Shown in pieces: positions 1-13,239 of a stretch of DNA of 64,000 nt (the stretch's first letter is position 1; each line of letters opens with the position of its first letter). Source of the stretch: Okamejei kenojei (taxonomy: Eukaryota); NCBI GenBank assembly GCA_035221665.1, contig CM069138.1, positions 15,562,001-15,626,000 of the forward strand, read 5' to 3'. The position numbers and the translations under genes are program-made. A model generated the notes under the pieces. The model was given only the letters and a program-made list of their open reading frames with translations, did no database searches and was not told the DNA's origin.

Positions 1-275
1 CAATCATGGCTAATCTATCTCTCCCTCCTCATTCCATTCTGCCATCTACCCATAATCTCTGACACCCATACCAATCAAGAATCCAACTATCTCTGCCTTA
101 AAAATATCCACTGACTTGGCCACCACAGCTTTCTGTGGAAATGAATTCCACAGATTCACTACCCTCTCACTAAAGAAATTCCTCATCATCTCCTTCCTAA
201 AGGAACATCCTTTAATTCCGAGGCTATGATCTCTGGTCCTAGACTCTCCCACTAGTGGAAACATCCTCTCCATAT
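1..275 (-). mobile_element. CR1-clade LINE 3' fragment (HER1-like)
   Basis: Minus ORF 46-273 reads SRTRDHSLGIKG..FFSERVVNLWNS.P, the CR1 ORF2 C-terminus, followed by the 3' UTR recurring throughout the window. Confidence 0.85.
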
Positions 276-375
276 TCTGTTTAGAAAATTCTCAAATTTT
301 AAGCAATACTCCCCTTACCTGTGCCCTCCCTATCCCAATGTGAAGAAGGGTTTTGACTCGAATCATTGCCTCTTG

Positions 376-665
376 GGCGGCAAGGTGGAGCAGCGGTAGA
401 GTTGCTGCCTTACAGCGCCAGAGTTCCGGGTACCATCCTGATTATGGGTGCTGTCTGTACAGAATTTGTATGTTCTCTCCGTGTCCTGCGTGTGTTTTCC
501 CCGGGTGCTCCAATTTCCTCCCACACTCCAAAGACGTACAGGGTTGTATGCTAATTGGCTCGGTAAAATTGCAAATAGTGTTAATGTGCAAGGATCGCTG
601 GTCGGCGTGGACTCGGTGGGCTGAAGGCTCTGTTTCCGTGTAGTACTTCCAAACTAAACTAAACC
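376..665 (+). mobile_element. tRNA-derived V-SINE (HE1-like), inserted in a degraded Penelope terminal repeat
   Basis: tRNA-like head GGTGGAGCAGCGGTAGAG, central TTTCCTCCCACACTCCAAAGAC domain, (AAACT)n tail; ~12 copies in window. Confidence 0.85.
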
Positions 666-765
666 ATCCATTCCCTCCACAGATGCTGCCTGACCCGCTG
701 AGCTCCTCCAGCTCTTTGTGTTTTGCAGCAAAAGTGATAGTTTCTTCTTGTAATGCTCATCGAGT

Positions 766-2085
766 AGATTGCTTGGGTAAGTATACAGATATTGGCCTAC
801 TGGAGGTAATAATATCAGATTATACCATTCAGTGCTTCAAAAGGCTTTTGATGACTGTGCCAAGCCATCAAAAGCCTTCTCAACAACAGGCGCTTCTTGG
901 TTCAACTAAACGACAAGAAGAGCAAATGGGAAGCCCAAAAGAATGGCCTACCACGAGGCAGCGTACTGGCCCCCCTCCTCTTCAACATCTACACCAACGA
1001 CCAACCACTTCCCCCACAATGCCGCCGCTTCATCTATGCTGATGACCTCTGCAACACCACCCAACAGGAGATCGAGTCTGTCCTGGAAACCGCCCTCCAA
1101 GAGATGACAACCTACTACAATAACAACCACCTGAAACCCAACCCATCAAAAACCCAACTATGCAGCTCCCACCTTAAAAATCGAGATGCAGGAAAACAAC
1201 TGAGCGCCTCATGGGATGGCCACAAACTCTCCAACCCCTCCCACCCCGTGTACCTCGGAGCCACACTCGACAGGACACTCTCTTTCAAAACCCACCTTCA
1301 GAACACCAAAGCCAAGGTCAACACTCGCAACAACATCCTGCGCAAACTGGTAAACTCAAAGTGGGGCGCTGATCTACCAACCATCCGTGCAACCCTGTGC
1401 TTCTCCACAGCTGAATACGTGTGCTCAAGCTGGAGCCGCTCCCACCACACCAAACAGGTTGACACAGCCCTTAACGACACCTGCCGCATTATCACGGGAT
1501 GCATAAAAACAACGCAAGTCCCGTGCCTCTACGCCCTAGCTGGTATTGCCCCCCCCCCCCCACATATTAGACGATCCATCGTCGCCCAAGACGAGCAGAG
1601 AGCACAGGAGATCGATACCAGGCACCCCCTGTACGGACACACAGCACCTCCACCCCGACTGAAATCCAGAGCCAGCTTCTTGCAGACAGTCCCACCTCTC
1701 CAGACAACCAAAGAAACAGCAAGGACCAACATCTGGAAAGATGAATGGAACCAGCTCAACACACGAGCCCACGACTGGACGGAGAGAGGAATGAGTCCGA
1801 CTGAATGCCTCGCCAGCGGGCACGACCTCCCATGGCCAACCTGGAAGACCCTCAACAGATTACGAGTGGAGCAGGGGAGGTGCAAAGCACTTATGAAAGC
1901 ATGGAACTACCAGGCAGAAGACACATGCAGCTGTGGAGCAGTACAGACAATGTCCCATCTACTGGAGTGTGACGACGCCCCCCAGTGCAGCCCCCAGGAC
2001 CTGGCTGAACCGACCCGACCAGCTGTGACCTGCGCCAGATACTGGCAGAACGACATCTGAGATTGCAATGGACTCGAAGAAGAAG
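766..2085 (+). mobile_element. Vingi (Ingi-related) non-LTR retrotransposon, 5'-truncated, 13-bp TSD
   Basis: ORF 897-2060 has RT motifs (GLPRGSVLAPLLFNIY, FIYADD, YLGATLDRTLSF), RIITGC..LAGIAPP and a C-terminal CSCG..H..C knuckle; (GAA)n tail; TSD ATGCTCATCGAGT at 753-765 and 2086-2098. Clade call from remembered motifs. Confidence 0.8.
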
Positions 2086-2530
2086 ATGCTCATCGAGTTG
2101 TTTCAGAGGTTACTTTCAGCTCCGTAATTGTGATGGGGCTAAACCAAGTGGAAAATTATTCTCGGAAGGATATTAAAAGGAGAGTGATATATCCCAAAGG
2201 CATAATGTGTTGACCTGTAACTTCGGAAATAAATTCGTCATTCAGAGCTGCCTGCCTCTTGGGAGGTTTCCCAGCACTAATTCAGCTGACTCCCAATGTC
2301 AGGAGCTGGCACCACTTCTCTTTGTTAGGAAATTAATCTTTCCTGTGTTAGGAAATTAATTTTAGCTGATTATCATGGTTCCATTGGTGCCTTTCACGTT
2401 TGCATGTTTTGTCAGCTTGTAATATTTTCAGGGGACGGAGGATTAAACCATTCTAATAATATTTGTCCTTTGCAGAGGATGAGACTCAAGTACACTGAAT
2501 ATTCTCACGCCAAATGAAGCTGCACGTCGA

Positions 2531-2948
2531 TATAACCATATAACCACATAACCATATAACAATTGCAGCACGGAAACAGGCCCTCTCGGCCCTTCCAGTC
2601 CGTGCCGACCATTTGTTTTCCCCTAGTCCCATCTACCTGCACTCAGACCATACCCCTCCATTCCCTTCACGTCCATATACCTATCCACTTTACTTTTAAA
2701 TGTTAAAATCGATCCTGCCTCCACCACTTCTGCTGGAAGCTCATTCCACACAGCCACCACCCTCTGAGTAAAGAGGTTCCCCCTCACGTTACCCCTAAAC
2801 TTCTGTCCCTTAATTCTCATGTCATGCCCTCTTGTTTGAATCTTCCCTACCCTCAATGGGAAAAACGTATCCACGTCAACTCTGTCTATCCCTTTCATCA
2901 CTTTAAAGACCTCAATCAAGTCCCCCCCTTAACCTTCTGCGCTCCACA
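2531..2948 (-). mobile_element. CR1 LINE 3' end, young subfamily with (TTATATGG)n tail
   Basis: ORF 2623-2919 is nearly identical to 61435-61728 and similar to 48643-48894. Confidence 0.9.
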
Positions 2949-3537
2949 AAGTTGGCCTCGGAAGTCTGCAATTGGAACGGATCTGCCGACTCTGGCCGGA
3001 ATTCGACCCACCGATCGCCTCCATACCCGGTCTAGGCGTCACATTTTCGGGGAGACTTCTGGTGGGGATTTTAAATGCGCTCTCGTAAATTGGTCCGGAT
3101 TAAAGGGAGTGCCGGGCCACCAGTTGCCGGAAAATGGGTGGTGGACCCATACCACAATTCAGTTCGGAATATAACCAGCAGATTTTTGATAAGCTCAACT
3201 TTAACAAGAATGGAAGATGATAGAATAGGCAGATTGAAGAGGAGGCGTCGGCGGATGCCTGCCAACTTGTTGACAACGTTTATGAGAAAAGGATTAATGG
3301 GACAGTGGGATTGCGCATATATAATTTTCTAAGAGATAAAAAATCCAAAATTATTGACTGGTAGCATTTGTGGAGTTGACAAAAAGGTCCTCGAATCATT
3401 AACTCTGTTTCTCTCTCCACAGAGGCTGTCTGACTGCTGAGTACTCCAGATTTTCTGATTGTGTTTCAGATTTCCTCCACCTGTGGTTTATTGCTTATTG
3501 TGTATCATTGAATGGTTAAGGTTATGGTTAATAAGCT

Positions 3538-3800
3538 GAAGGTGTAGCCATGGGCACTCGCATGGGCCCTGGCTATGTCTGCCATTTTTGTTGGTTACAT
3601 CAAACAGTCCTTGTTCCACATGCACACTGGCACCATCCCCAACACTTTCTCCGCTACATTACCAACTGCACCAGGGCTGCCTCCTGCACCCGTGAAGAAC
3701 ACACTGATTTCATTAACGTTATCACGAACTTCTGCCCTGCCCTGCCCTCAAATTCACCTGGACTATCTCTGACACCGCTCTCCCCTTTCTTGATCTCTCC
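3538..3800 (+). mobile_element. Penelope-like element RT fragment (degraded)
   Basis: GVAMGTRMGPGY..(frameshift)..FVGYIKQSLF..FLRYI matches the PLE RT G.AMG...P and RY.DD regions. Confidence 0.7.
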
Positions 3801-3804
3801 GTTA

Positions 3805-4460
3805 TACGTCATGTTACAAGACGTTAGTAAGGCCACATTTAGAGTACTGTATACAGTCCAGGTCACCCTACTATAGGAAGGTTGTCATTACTCTGAAACT
3901 CTGCTAAAAAGATTTACGACTTTGTTACCTGGTCTGGAGAGTTTGAGTTATAAGTTGGACAGGCTGGTTATTTTTTAGTGGAACATAGAAGGCTATGAGA
4001 TGACCTTATAAAATCATGAGGTGTATAGGTGTAAGAAGCATTTATATAGGTACATGGATAGGATAGACATAGAAGGATATGGGCCAAGCACAGGCATGTG
4101 GGACTAGTGTGGATGGGGCATATTGGTTGGTGTGGCAATTTAGGCCGAAGGGTCTGTTTCTATGATGTAAGACTCCATGACTCTCTATAACTCTATATAT
4201 AAGGTGAAGAGTTCAATTTTTTCCCAGGATAGGGGAGTCTAAAATTAGAAGGCATAGATCCAAAGTGTTTACACCGAAGGTGATGTCCTCCTGAAACAAG
4301 ATGCCAGAGGAAGAGGTAGAGGTTGGCACAATGGCAACATTTAAAAGACACTGAGAGGGTGCATAGATAGGAAAGGGTTGGTGGGATATGGGCAAGGCAC
4401 AGGCAAGTGGGGCTAGCTCAGTTAAGCAACTTAGTTGGTATGGGACAAATGGAGCCAAAG
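3805..4460 (+). mobile_element. Degraded CR1 3' fragments
   Basis: Decayed GTTAGTAAGGCCACATTTAGAGTACTGT (LVRPHLEYC) and CR1 3' UTR pieces. Confidence 0.6.
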
Positions 4461-4466
4461 TTATAT

Positions 4467-4794
4467 TTAGTTTAGTTTAGTTTCATTTGGTTTAGATATA
4501 CAGCGCGGAAACACGTCCTTCGGCCTACCGAGTCCGTACCAACCAGCGATCCCCGAACATCAACACTATCCTACACACACTAGTAATTGTATAATTTACT
4601 ATTATACCAAGCCAATTAACTTACAAACCTGAACGTCTTTGGAATGTGGGAGGAAACCAGAAATCCCGGAGAAAACCCACGCAGATCACGTGGAGAATGT
4701 ACAAACTCCGTGCAGACAGCACTGTAGCAAAGATCGAACCCGGGTCTCTGGTGCTGTAAGGCATTGACTCTACCGCCAAGCCACTATGCCGCCC
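4467..4794 (-). mobile_element. V-SINE (HE1-like)
   Basis: Reverse complement of the 376-665 family; (TTTAG)n at left, tRNA-like head at right. Confidence 0.85.
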
Positions 4795-5448
4795 CTTTCT
4801 TAACTCTATGGCCCAAAACTTGGAAATGCAGTTAAAAAGTGGTATACTTCAAAGATAGACTACTGGGGGAAAGGGTCAGAGACATATGGCAGACTGAATT
4901 TAAAATAATATGAAATGGTGCATTTTGGAGTGGGGGATGCAGAAACAGTGTGGCAGGAGAGCAGATGGGTGTGACGTTGGAGAATTTGTAGATTCACAAG
5001 GGCAATAGCAGGTTATTTCGCGATGATGAGAAATCAGTGAAGCTGCGAGAGCAATCCTTCAACCAGAGAAACTCACGGTAAACAGTAGAAGTGATCAAAT
5101 TTATCAAGCATTTTGTAAGTAGACAGCTGGAAACTTCCACTAAAGGGCAGCGGGCTGGAAATAAGGCCCAGGTTTAAGAAAATGGGCATAGTAAGGAGTA
5201 AATTGATAAGGAAAAAAAATGTCATTATGGCTTAAAATGCCTTATGACAGCAAATCCACTGCCTGAAACGCAGAGGATACATGCTGACATTTCCAAATCA
5301 AGTTGGAATTGATTGAGGAACGGCTTGAGATGAGGGACTTTGTGTTTTTGTTTTCTGTAGGTTTTGTTTGTATCTATTGAACTTCTGCGGTTTATTATGG
5401 AATCTATTGAATATTATGTTTAAAACACTGTTATGTTGCTGAAAGTAA

Positions 5449-5979
5449 GGCCCTGTCCCACTTACGTGTCCTTGGCATGCAAATTACGCGACCTCGTCGA
5501 TCGCGTTGAGGCGCACGGGCATCGTGTGGCTGCGTGGGGCCGGTCTCACTGAGAAGCGCGGAGGGGTATGCAGTTGTGCGCGATATCGCAAACAAAATCT
5601 TTGCGCGCCAACGGCCCGTTGCGTAACTGACGGCCAAAGTGGGACAGGCCCAAGACTCTGGCGCGACGCAATGTTTCACCTCCAACTGCAGCAGAAGCAG
5701 GCAGACGATCGTCGAACTCAGCCTGGGTCCCAGATCAGTGAAAATAGGCACAAAATGCAAGAGTAACTCAGCGAGACTGAAGAAGGGTCTCAACCCGAAA
5801 CATCACCATTGCTTCTCTCCAGAGATGCTGCCGGTCCCTCTGAGTTTCTCCTGCATTCTTCAAATGACGTCACGCGCTCCAGACGGCTGTGCAGGCGACC
5901 TTCGCGTGACCGACACGCCTCAACGCGACCACGAGGTCGCGTAATTAGCGTGTCAAGGACACAAAGGTGGGACAGGGCT
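5449..5979. mobile_element. PIF/Harbinger-like MITE with ~65-bp imperfect TIRs and TAA TSD; nested Penelope-repeat piece at ~5745-5860
   Basis: TAA|GGCCCTGTCCCAC...GTGGGACAGGGCT|TAA; TIR extends through AATTACGCGACCTCGT..CGCGTTGAGGCG; 3-bp TWA TSD is typical of Harbinger. Confidence 0.75.
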
Positions 5980-6194
5980 TAAGAATTTAATTGTTCCATT
6001 TGTACTGTACATACGGTAATAAACACGTTTGACTCTTCATAAGATCATAAGGTCATAAGTAACAGGAGCAGAAATTGGCCAAGTGATAGGAGCAGAAATA
6101 GTTGGTTTTTGTGATGGGAGCAAAATAGGTTCAGCAACTCAAGCTGAATTTCAATAAGAAAGTCAGGTTGTAAATAATCATGGTCTCTCCCCAG

Positions 6195-6757
6195 ACTTGT
6201 ATACTCTGGAATTTGGAAGGATGAGGGGAGATCTTATTGAAACATATAAGATCAATAATGTTTTATTATTAATGTTTAATGTTTTATGTGTCACTTTTAA
6301 CTGTCACTGTATGTCATGTTGTCACTTGCGGGCGGAGCACCAAGGCAAATTCCTTGTATGTGAATACTTGGCCAATAAACGTATTCATTCATTAAGGGAT
6401 TGGACACGCTAAAGGCAGGAAACATGTTCCCGATGTTGGGGGTGTCCAGAACCAGGGGCCACAGTTTACAATTAAAGGGGGGGCCTTTTAGAACGGAGAT
6501 GAGGAAAAACTTTTTCACCCAGAGAATTGTGAATCTGTGGAATTCTCTGCCTCAGAAGGCAGTGGAGGACAATTATCTGGATGCTTTCAAGAGAGATAAA
6601 GCTCTTAAAGATAGCAGAATCAGGGGATATGGTAAGAAGGCAGGAACGGGGTACTGAATGTGGATGATCAGCCATGATCACATTGATTGGCGGTGCTGAC
6701 TCGAAGGGCCGAATAGCCTACTCCTGCACCTATTATCTATTGTCTATTGTCTATTGA
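6195..6757 (+). mobile_element. CR1 3' fragment interrupted by a Rex1 3'-tail fragment (~6255-6390)
   Basis: LYTLEFGRMRGDLIETYK then SRTRGHSL..LWNSLP; the insert matches the 3' UTR at 14680-14795. Confidence 0.8.
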
Positions 6758-6944
6758 CAGTGAGCCGGGAGGGAAATGGTTGAATGGATTGAATGGATCG
6801 GAGTTGTAGTCCAAATCTTTAAAGTAAGATATCCATGCGGAGTGAGAAAGCAGACAACCCTTCTGATGGGAGAGAGGCAAAGGAGGAGTTGGGAAGGGGG
6901 ATGATTAATACAATTGGAGCACAGAGGCAAGAAGAGAAGTTATT

Positions 6945-7230
6945 CAGAATTAAAGGATATTCGTTTAGGATGGCGATGAGGAGACATTTCTTTAGTCAGA
7001 GGATGGTGAATCTGTGGAATTCATTGTCATAGAAGGCTGTGGAGGCCAAGTCTGCGGATATTTTTAAGGCAGATTGTTAGATTCTTGATTAGTACGGGTG
7101 TCAGAGATTATGGGGAGAAGGCAGGAGAATGGGGTTAGGAGGGAGAGATAGATCAACCATGATTGAATGGTGGAGTAGACTTGATGGGCCGGATGGCCTA
7201 ATTCTACTCCTATTCCTCATGACCTTATGA
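6945..7230 (+). mobile_element. CR1 3' fragment
   Basis: RIKGYSFR..FFSQRMVNLWNSL plus 3' UTR. Confidence 0.8.
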
Positions 7231-7974
7231 TTGCAGGGAATTCTCTACACAGGCTGGAATGGGCCAAATATATAGAAATTAGGTGCAGGGAGGCCATTCT
7301 CTCATTCAATATGATCATGGCTGGCTCCCGGAATGATCCCTTACCACGGCCAATCCAAAATATGGGTTGTGAACCAAGGAGGAAAAGGGAAGAGCTGCTT
7401 TAGGGATGGGGGTGAGAGTGAATAAACTAAGGAAGAGAGTTCATAAACTTTTATAAGAAATATGATTTCTTTAAAAAGGAATGAATACCTATTAAGAGCT
7501 TTATAGAAATGTTTTGCTTTTCTTTGATGAACTTTGATCAATCAAAATGGCACATGTTCCACATTTTAGGCTAAACATCCATTGTTTGTAACATGTAAAC
7601 ATTTATTTTCAATGTTAAATATTCATGATTTTCTGCCTCAAACCCTGAATCGACAAGTTATGTGAGTGCATTTGGAAGAAGTATCTGATATTTGAAATTT
7701 CAAGTAATGGCATTTCAAATTCCAAGTATTGATATGTGTAATTTAATAGTTGGCCTGGTTTTAAAGCGTTTCTTTGGTCAATACAGAAATGTTTTAAAAT
7801 CAGCAATGAGATAAGATTGGAAAATAAGTGTGGATGGTGTAGGAAGAGTCTGAGCTAAAAATAATCCAGATCTGCACACTATCAAATATTTCTTGCGGTT
7901 TTGTTTGCAAAGTAAATGCAAATACCTTGTGATGATTCCTTTCATTCTGCAATTTGCCGGGGAATTGTGAGAAT

Positions 7975-8275
7975 AGGATGGCGCGGGGGTAGAGTTACTG
8001 CCTTACAGTGCCAGAGACCTGAGTTCGATCCTAACTACGGGTGCTGTCAGTATGGAGTTTACACGTTCTCCCTGTGAGCTGCGTTGGTTTTCTCCGAGAT
8101 CTTTGGTTTCCTCCCACACTCCAAAGACGTACAGATTTGTCGGTTAATTGGGTTGGTATATATGTAAATTGTCCCTTGTGTGTGTAGGATAGTGTTGGTG
8201 TGCGGGAATCGCTGGTCGGTGAGGGATGGGCCTGTTTTCACGCTGTATCTCTAAACTAAATTAAACTAAACTAAA
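7975..8275 (+). mobile_element. V-SINE (HE1-like)
   Basis: Same head, core and tail as 376-665. Confidence 0.85.
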
Positions 8276-8811
8276 TGTACAGTATTTGGTTTTATATCAG
8301 CTAAATACTGAGCCTATCGAGTTCACAGAAATCTCCAGTTAAACCTCCATGAACACCTATTTCAATTTAATTTTCCTTTTACTTTGCAGTAATATTCTGA
8401 TTAATATTGTATCAAAATAAAGCTATTTCAAAATGATTTAAAGTAGAAAACCTGAACTGAAAGCGTTAAGGTTTTTCCATCTGGAAGAGTAGGCAAAGTC
8501 GTAGAGTTGGAGGGAAGGGGGAATCACGGAGGTTTGTTTCACAATCCAGCAAATTTCCGCACCCTGTAGAAATAGTTTTCAACTTGTGGCCCTCCATGGT
8601 TAAATGGACAACAATGTGCCGCATGCTTTGACACGATGAAGAGAGAAATATGGAAAACAAGAGGCTGCAAAAATGAACGAATGTATGAATGAATGAATAC
8701 TTTATTGTCACATGTGACAAGTCACAGTGAAATTCTTTGCTTGAATACCCAAGGTATGCAAATAGTGGCTCACAAAGTACCCCCTGTGCCAGGTCCCCCA
8801 TTGTTTCTCCC

Positions 8812-8812
<1 letters not shown>

Positions 8813-8858
<46 letters not shown>
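8813..8858. repeat. Poly-C run (~46 nt)
   Basis: Directly visible homopolymer; exact length unreliable. Confidence 0.9.
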
Positions 8859-9429
8859 AGACCTAATTCCAGGAACTAATTGTCAAACTAATTGCAAGAA
8901 TAGCCTTGCGTTTGCTGGTGGAATTGGCAAAGATTTCTCCAGCCACCTTTAAAATTGAGTTGCGTTGAAAGATACATATCTGCTATGAATTAGCAAGTTT
9001 CCTGTGCTTTGGTAATTGTATCACTGATAGGGACGATGGTGTTGCCTCATAGTTGCTACGTGTGTCACTCTGGAGGATAAACTCAAAAATCAGCTGCGCT
9101 GCTGAGACAGGAAGTCTGCAAACACAATGTCAGATAACTCAGCACTGAGGCACCTTTCAAGTACAGCGTGGAGTCGTTCTGCTCAAAGTTGTTAAAATGC
9201 TGATCTTATCTGAGACATCCAGTCATTCCTGTCCTGAGCAATTTGCAGATGCTTCTTATGATTGATTGGTACAAAGCAGAGACTGTTGCTTCAGTTGCCT
9301 TTGATGTTCCTGTAGGGGTAACCCTTCTTCCTTCCTCAGCTCTGAATGTGTTTGGGAAGCCCAGCTCTTTCATTATTATAGACAACACCCTCTCTCGCTG
9401 CTCCACCTCTGTGATTCCTCCTGCTCACC

Positions 9430-9700
9430 GGCAACGCTTTAACCTGGACTCACTACCACAGCCACGTGTGTTATCCACCGCTTTTCGACCATTGTGGGCT
9501 CCATCTTCTCTGCGCCATCGATGCAGGCTCTGCTTTGTGCTGTACCTTCCCATACCTCTAGTTTCCCCCTCCTTGACTCACATTCTGACAAAGGGTCTCG
9601 ACTCAAAACGTCACCTAATCCTTTTCTCCAGAGATGCTGAGTCACTGCAGCATTTTGTGTTTTTCATCGGTGCAAACCAGTATCTGTAGTTCCTTCTGAC
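9430..9700 (+). mobile_element. Penelope 3' UTR / terminal-repeat fragment with degenerate hammerhead core
   Basis: Similar to the reverse complement of 57525-57780; CTGACAAAGGGTCTCGACTCAAAACGTC. Confidence 0.6.
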
Positions 9701-9965
9701 ACTTCTTTAATTCTGATGGCAGGCAAGAGTGATGCAATTTGTACTTTCTGCAGCATTAGATCAGGCTGGATTTGACGTGGCCTGCAGATGCACAGAGTGG
9801 CAGAGCAGCGGTGGAAGGCATCAACAACAGCGCTAGGCCTATGCTGACCCTTGCAACTCTAATGCACTGCCGCTGCCAGGCCAACAGGCCTTTATGGCCA
9901 AGCTAAAACTCTACATTTTTAACAATTTTAAACTTGAACGGACAAGATGGCGAAAAAAAAATCCA

Positions 9966-10277
9966 GTTTTGTTTAGTTTAGAGATACAGCGTGGAAACTG
10001 GCCCTTCGGCCCACCAAGTCCACATCGACCAACGATCCTCGCACACTAACACTATCTCACACACATTAGGGACAATTTTATTACAATTTTACCAAGCCAA
10101 TTAACCTACAAACCTGTACATCTTAGGAGTGTAGGACGAAACCGGGGCACCCAGTGAAAATACACGCAGGTCATGGGGAGAATGCACACACTCTGCACAG
10201 ACTACACCCATAGTTAGGATCGAACCCGGGTCTCTGGCGCTGTAAGGCAGCAACTCTACTGTTGTGCCATCGTGCCA
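9966..10277 (-). mobile_element. V-SINE (HE1-like)
   Basis: Reverse complement of the SINE consensus. Confidence 0.85.
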
Positions 10278-11754
10278 CTCTCTTGCATACTGCCTCAGTA
10301 TAATCTACTTTTCTTACACTCGTATACTTAAGTATGATTGTGCCTATTTATGGAAAGGTTTTTACTGAATTGTATGCAAGAAAATAATTTCACTATATCT
10401 TGGTATGAAACAATAAAGTCCCATTGAAATATTTCCTTAATGTGGTTTGGGTTTGCTGAAGGATTGCAATGTAGGACATCCCACCCTGCCCGTTGTTGAG
10501 CAGGAGTGTATGAAATTACTGGTACCTTTCAATCTTCTGCCTGTGGAAAGGAAAGGAAGGCTTCCTGCGATGCCTTAATAACCCCTCCTGCTTAAAAGAT
10601 GAGTAATCATACAGAGATAAATTTAGCTTGGCTTTCTCAGTGAATCTCCTTTTAACAACAAAACATCTTTAAAGGTCATAATCCCTTACTGGCAACAATT
10701 TGGCATATCAAATTTCAGAGCTCTGTTTTTCGATTGACACGTATGGTATGCTTTTATGCGTAGCCCAAGCAATCAGATAGAAAATAGGCTTAGTCCTATT
10801 TGCAATTCATCCATACCTGCATGTAGCAAGACAGAAACATTCGTATGTGAGCTTTTAAGTGGCAAAAGCATTTGGGTGATGCAAGTGCTAGACAAAATCC
10901 AACCACTTCCCCTTGACATTGAACAGTGTTAACAAAATTCAACCCTCCTCATCAATATCTGCTGATTACCACTGACTGAATACTTTACTGTAGCAGCTGA
11001 ATAGAAATACCGCAGCTACAAAAACAAACCAGAGACTCTGTGTTTCTGCAGGAATTCAGCTCTTCTCCTGATTCACAAAACCTTTACACTACCTGCCAGG
11101 CCCAAGTCAGGAATGCAAAGGAATACACACTCAGTGAAACTCCAAAATGCTAAAGAAGTTAAAAACAAGGTCCCGACCCGAAACGACACCGATTGCTTTT
11201 CTCAGGAGATAATGTCTGACTGGCTGAGTTACTCCAACTTCTTGTGTCTATCTTAGGACAAAACTACCACTTGTTGAAGAACTTATTCAACACCTCAACC
11301 ATTCACTTCCTCCACTAGCTATGAATCATGCTGTAGTGTGCGCAATCTACTTCATCAGTACCTCCGAGACCTATGATCACCATCAGAAAGGACGTGGCTA
11401 AAAGGACATGGGAACATCGCCATATACAGGTCACACGTCACACACTGCTCTTGCTTGGATATGTATTACTATATCTTCATTGTTGCTGGGCTACATCCTG
11501 TAACTTCATCTTCCTCAAAGCTGTGGTCGTAGCCACACAAGAAGACTAAGGATGAGGAAGCAGATCTTTAAGGTAATTATCTTCTCTTGGAAGCTGCACT
11601 TACCTCCTATGTGAGTCTTTCAGTGCTCAAACAATTCTTTGGGTAATACAAGTAATGAATGTTCTCATAGCCTTGTTTTCATATTGGAAATCAATGTCCA
11701 GAAACATGGCACTGATGAGATGGCATGGCTGCAGGGGCCACGGGTCATTATAGA

Positions 11755-12055
11755 CTTGAGACTTTAGAGATACAGTGCAGAAACAGGCCCTTCGGCCCAC
11801 CGAGTCCATGCCAACCAGCAATCATCCTGCCCACTAGCACTATCCTACACATTAGAGACAATTTACAATTTTACTTAAGCCAATTAACCTACAAACCTGT
11901 TTGTCTTGGGAGTGTCGGGGGAAACCAGAGCACTCGGAGAAATCCACAACGTCACGGGGAGAACGTACAATCTCCGTGCAGACGGCACCCGTAGTCAGGA
12001 TCGAACCCGGGTGCCTGGCGCTGTGTGACAGCATCTCTACCACTGTGCCACCACA
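11755..12055 (-). mobile_element. V-SINE (HE1-like)
   Basis: Reverse complement of the SINE consensus. Confidence 0.85.
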
Positions 12056-13239
12056 CTGTTCCAGTGTCCTTATGTGGAAACAAGGTGGCCACCGGCCTTA
12101 CTTTAGCTGGGCGACTGAGCATGTCAAGTGCAGCCTGCAGCACCCACATGGAGTGGTGGTGGGCATGAAAGGAACTGACAGCATTGCGCTGGGCCAAGCT
12201 AAATTTAGAGTCATAAGAGGTATCGAGCATAAAAACAGGCCTTTCATCCATGAGGACCAAGATGCACCATCTACGTTAGTCACAGTGTTTCCACTGGGAC
12301 CAGAGTTCATAGCCTCAGAATGAAAGGGCATCTTTTAGAAAGGAGGCGAGGAGGAACTTCTTTAGTCAGAGGGAACTGTGGAATCTGTGGAGCTCATTGT
12401 CACAGAGGGCTGTGGAGGCCAATTCAATGGACGTTGACAATGAGTAACATTAGGCACATTGCAAGAGAATGTTTTGAATCTATGGTACAATTAATGTACA
12501 GAAGGACAACTGTACCTACTGTAAATGAAAGACTTCAAACCAGGCAGGTTGGCCATTATTTACATTTATAATGGAATTCCATCAAACAGGAATGACCATT
12601 TATTTCCATAGTGATGGAACTTATGAACGTATTCTGCATTGGAGCAAGAGTTGTGAGATTTCAGGAATGGACAGCATGTGCATTCATTGTCTAATCATGA
12701 CAAAATAAAACATTGTGCTCTCTTTAACTCCGGTATTTACCAAATTATTGCACAAGGTCTTTCTTAAGAACAAAATAGTGCACAATTATATATATTGAAT
12801 TTATTAAGTAGGCTCAGTCCCCCAAAACATGGAGTTTGAAATCTATACCATTAATTTTAGTGAAAACATAGGAAACAAAATGATAAACTTGGAAGAGGCT
12901 TCAATTGATAATTGTTGGTATTTTATTTTGGTTCAAAATATTGATACAATAAAATAAGCAAGAATATGTCGTAAGATTTTTAAAAAAGACTAATGTAATT
13001 TGGTAAAGGAGTTTAATAATGTGTTTGTGCAGGACTTCTCAGATAGAGTCATTTCGAAAGGAAGCCATAACATCCTGCTCTATAATGTCCATTAGTTAGA
13101 TGACAAGGGTCCAAATTTACTTTGAATTTCACTGCAAGATGTGTGTGTAGACATTTATAGCACAATCCAGCCATCTGCATTAAGGAGATGCTAGAGGTAG
13201 ATGGAATACTCAGAAGGAATCCTGTACAGGTCTATGACA

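Noticed and set aside
376-450. tRNA gene
   Set aside because: tRNA-like head of a SINE; continues into SINE core and tail, no full cloverleaf
6250-6400. Shared insertion hotspot in CR1 (Rex tail here and MITE at 31122 hit nearly the same CR1 position)
   Set aside because: Two events by different mechanisms ~10 bp apart; compatible with chance
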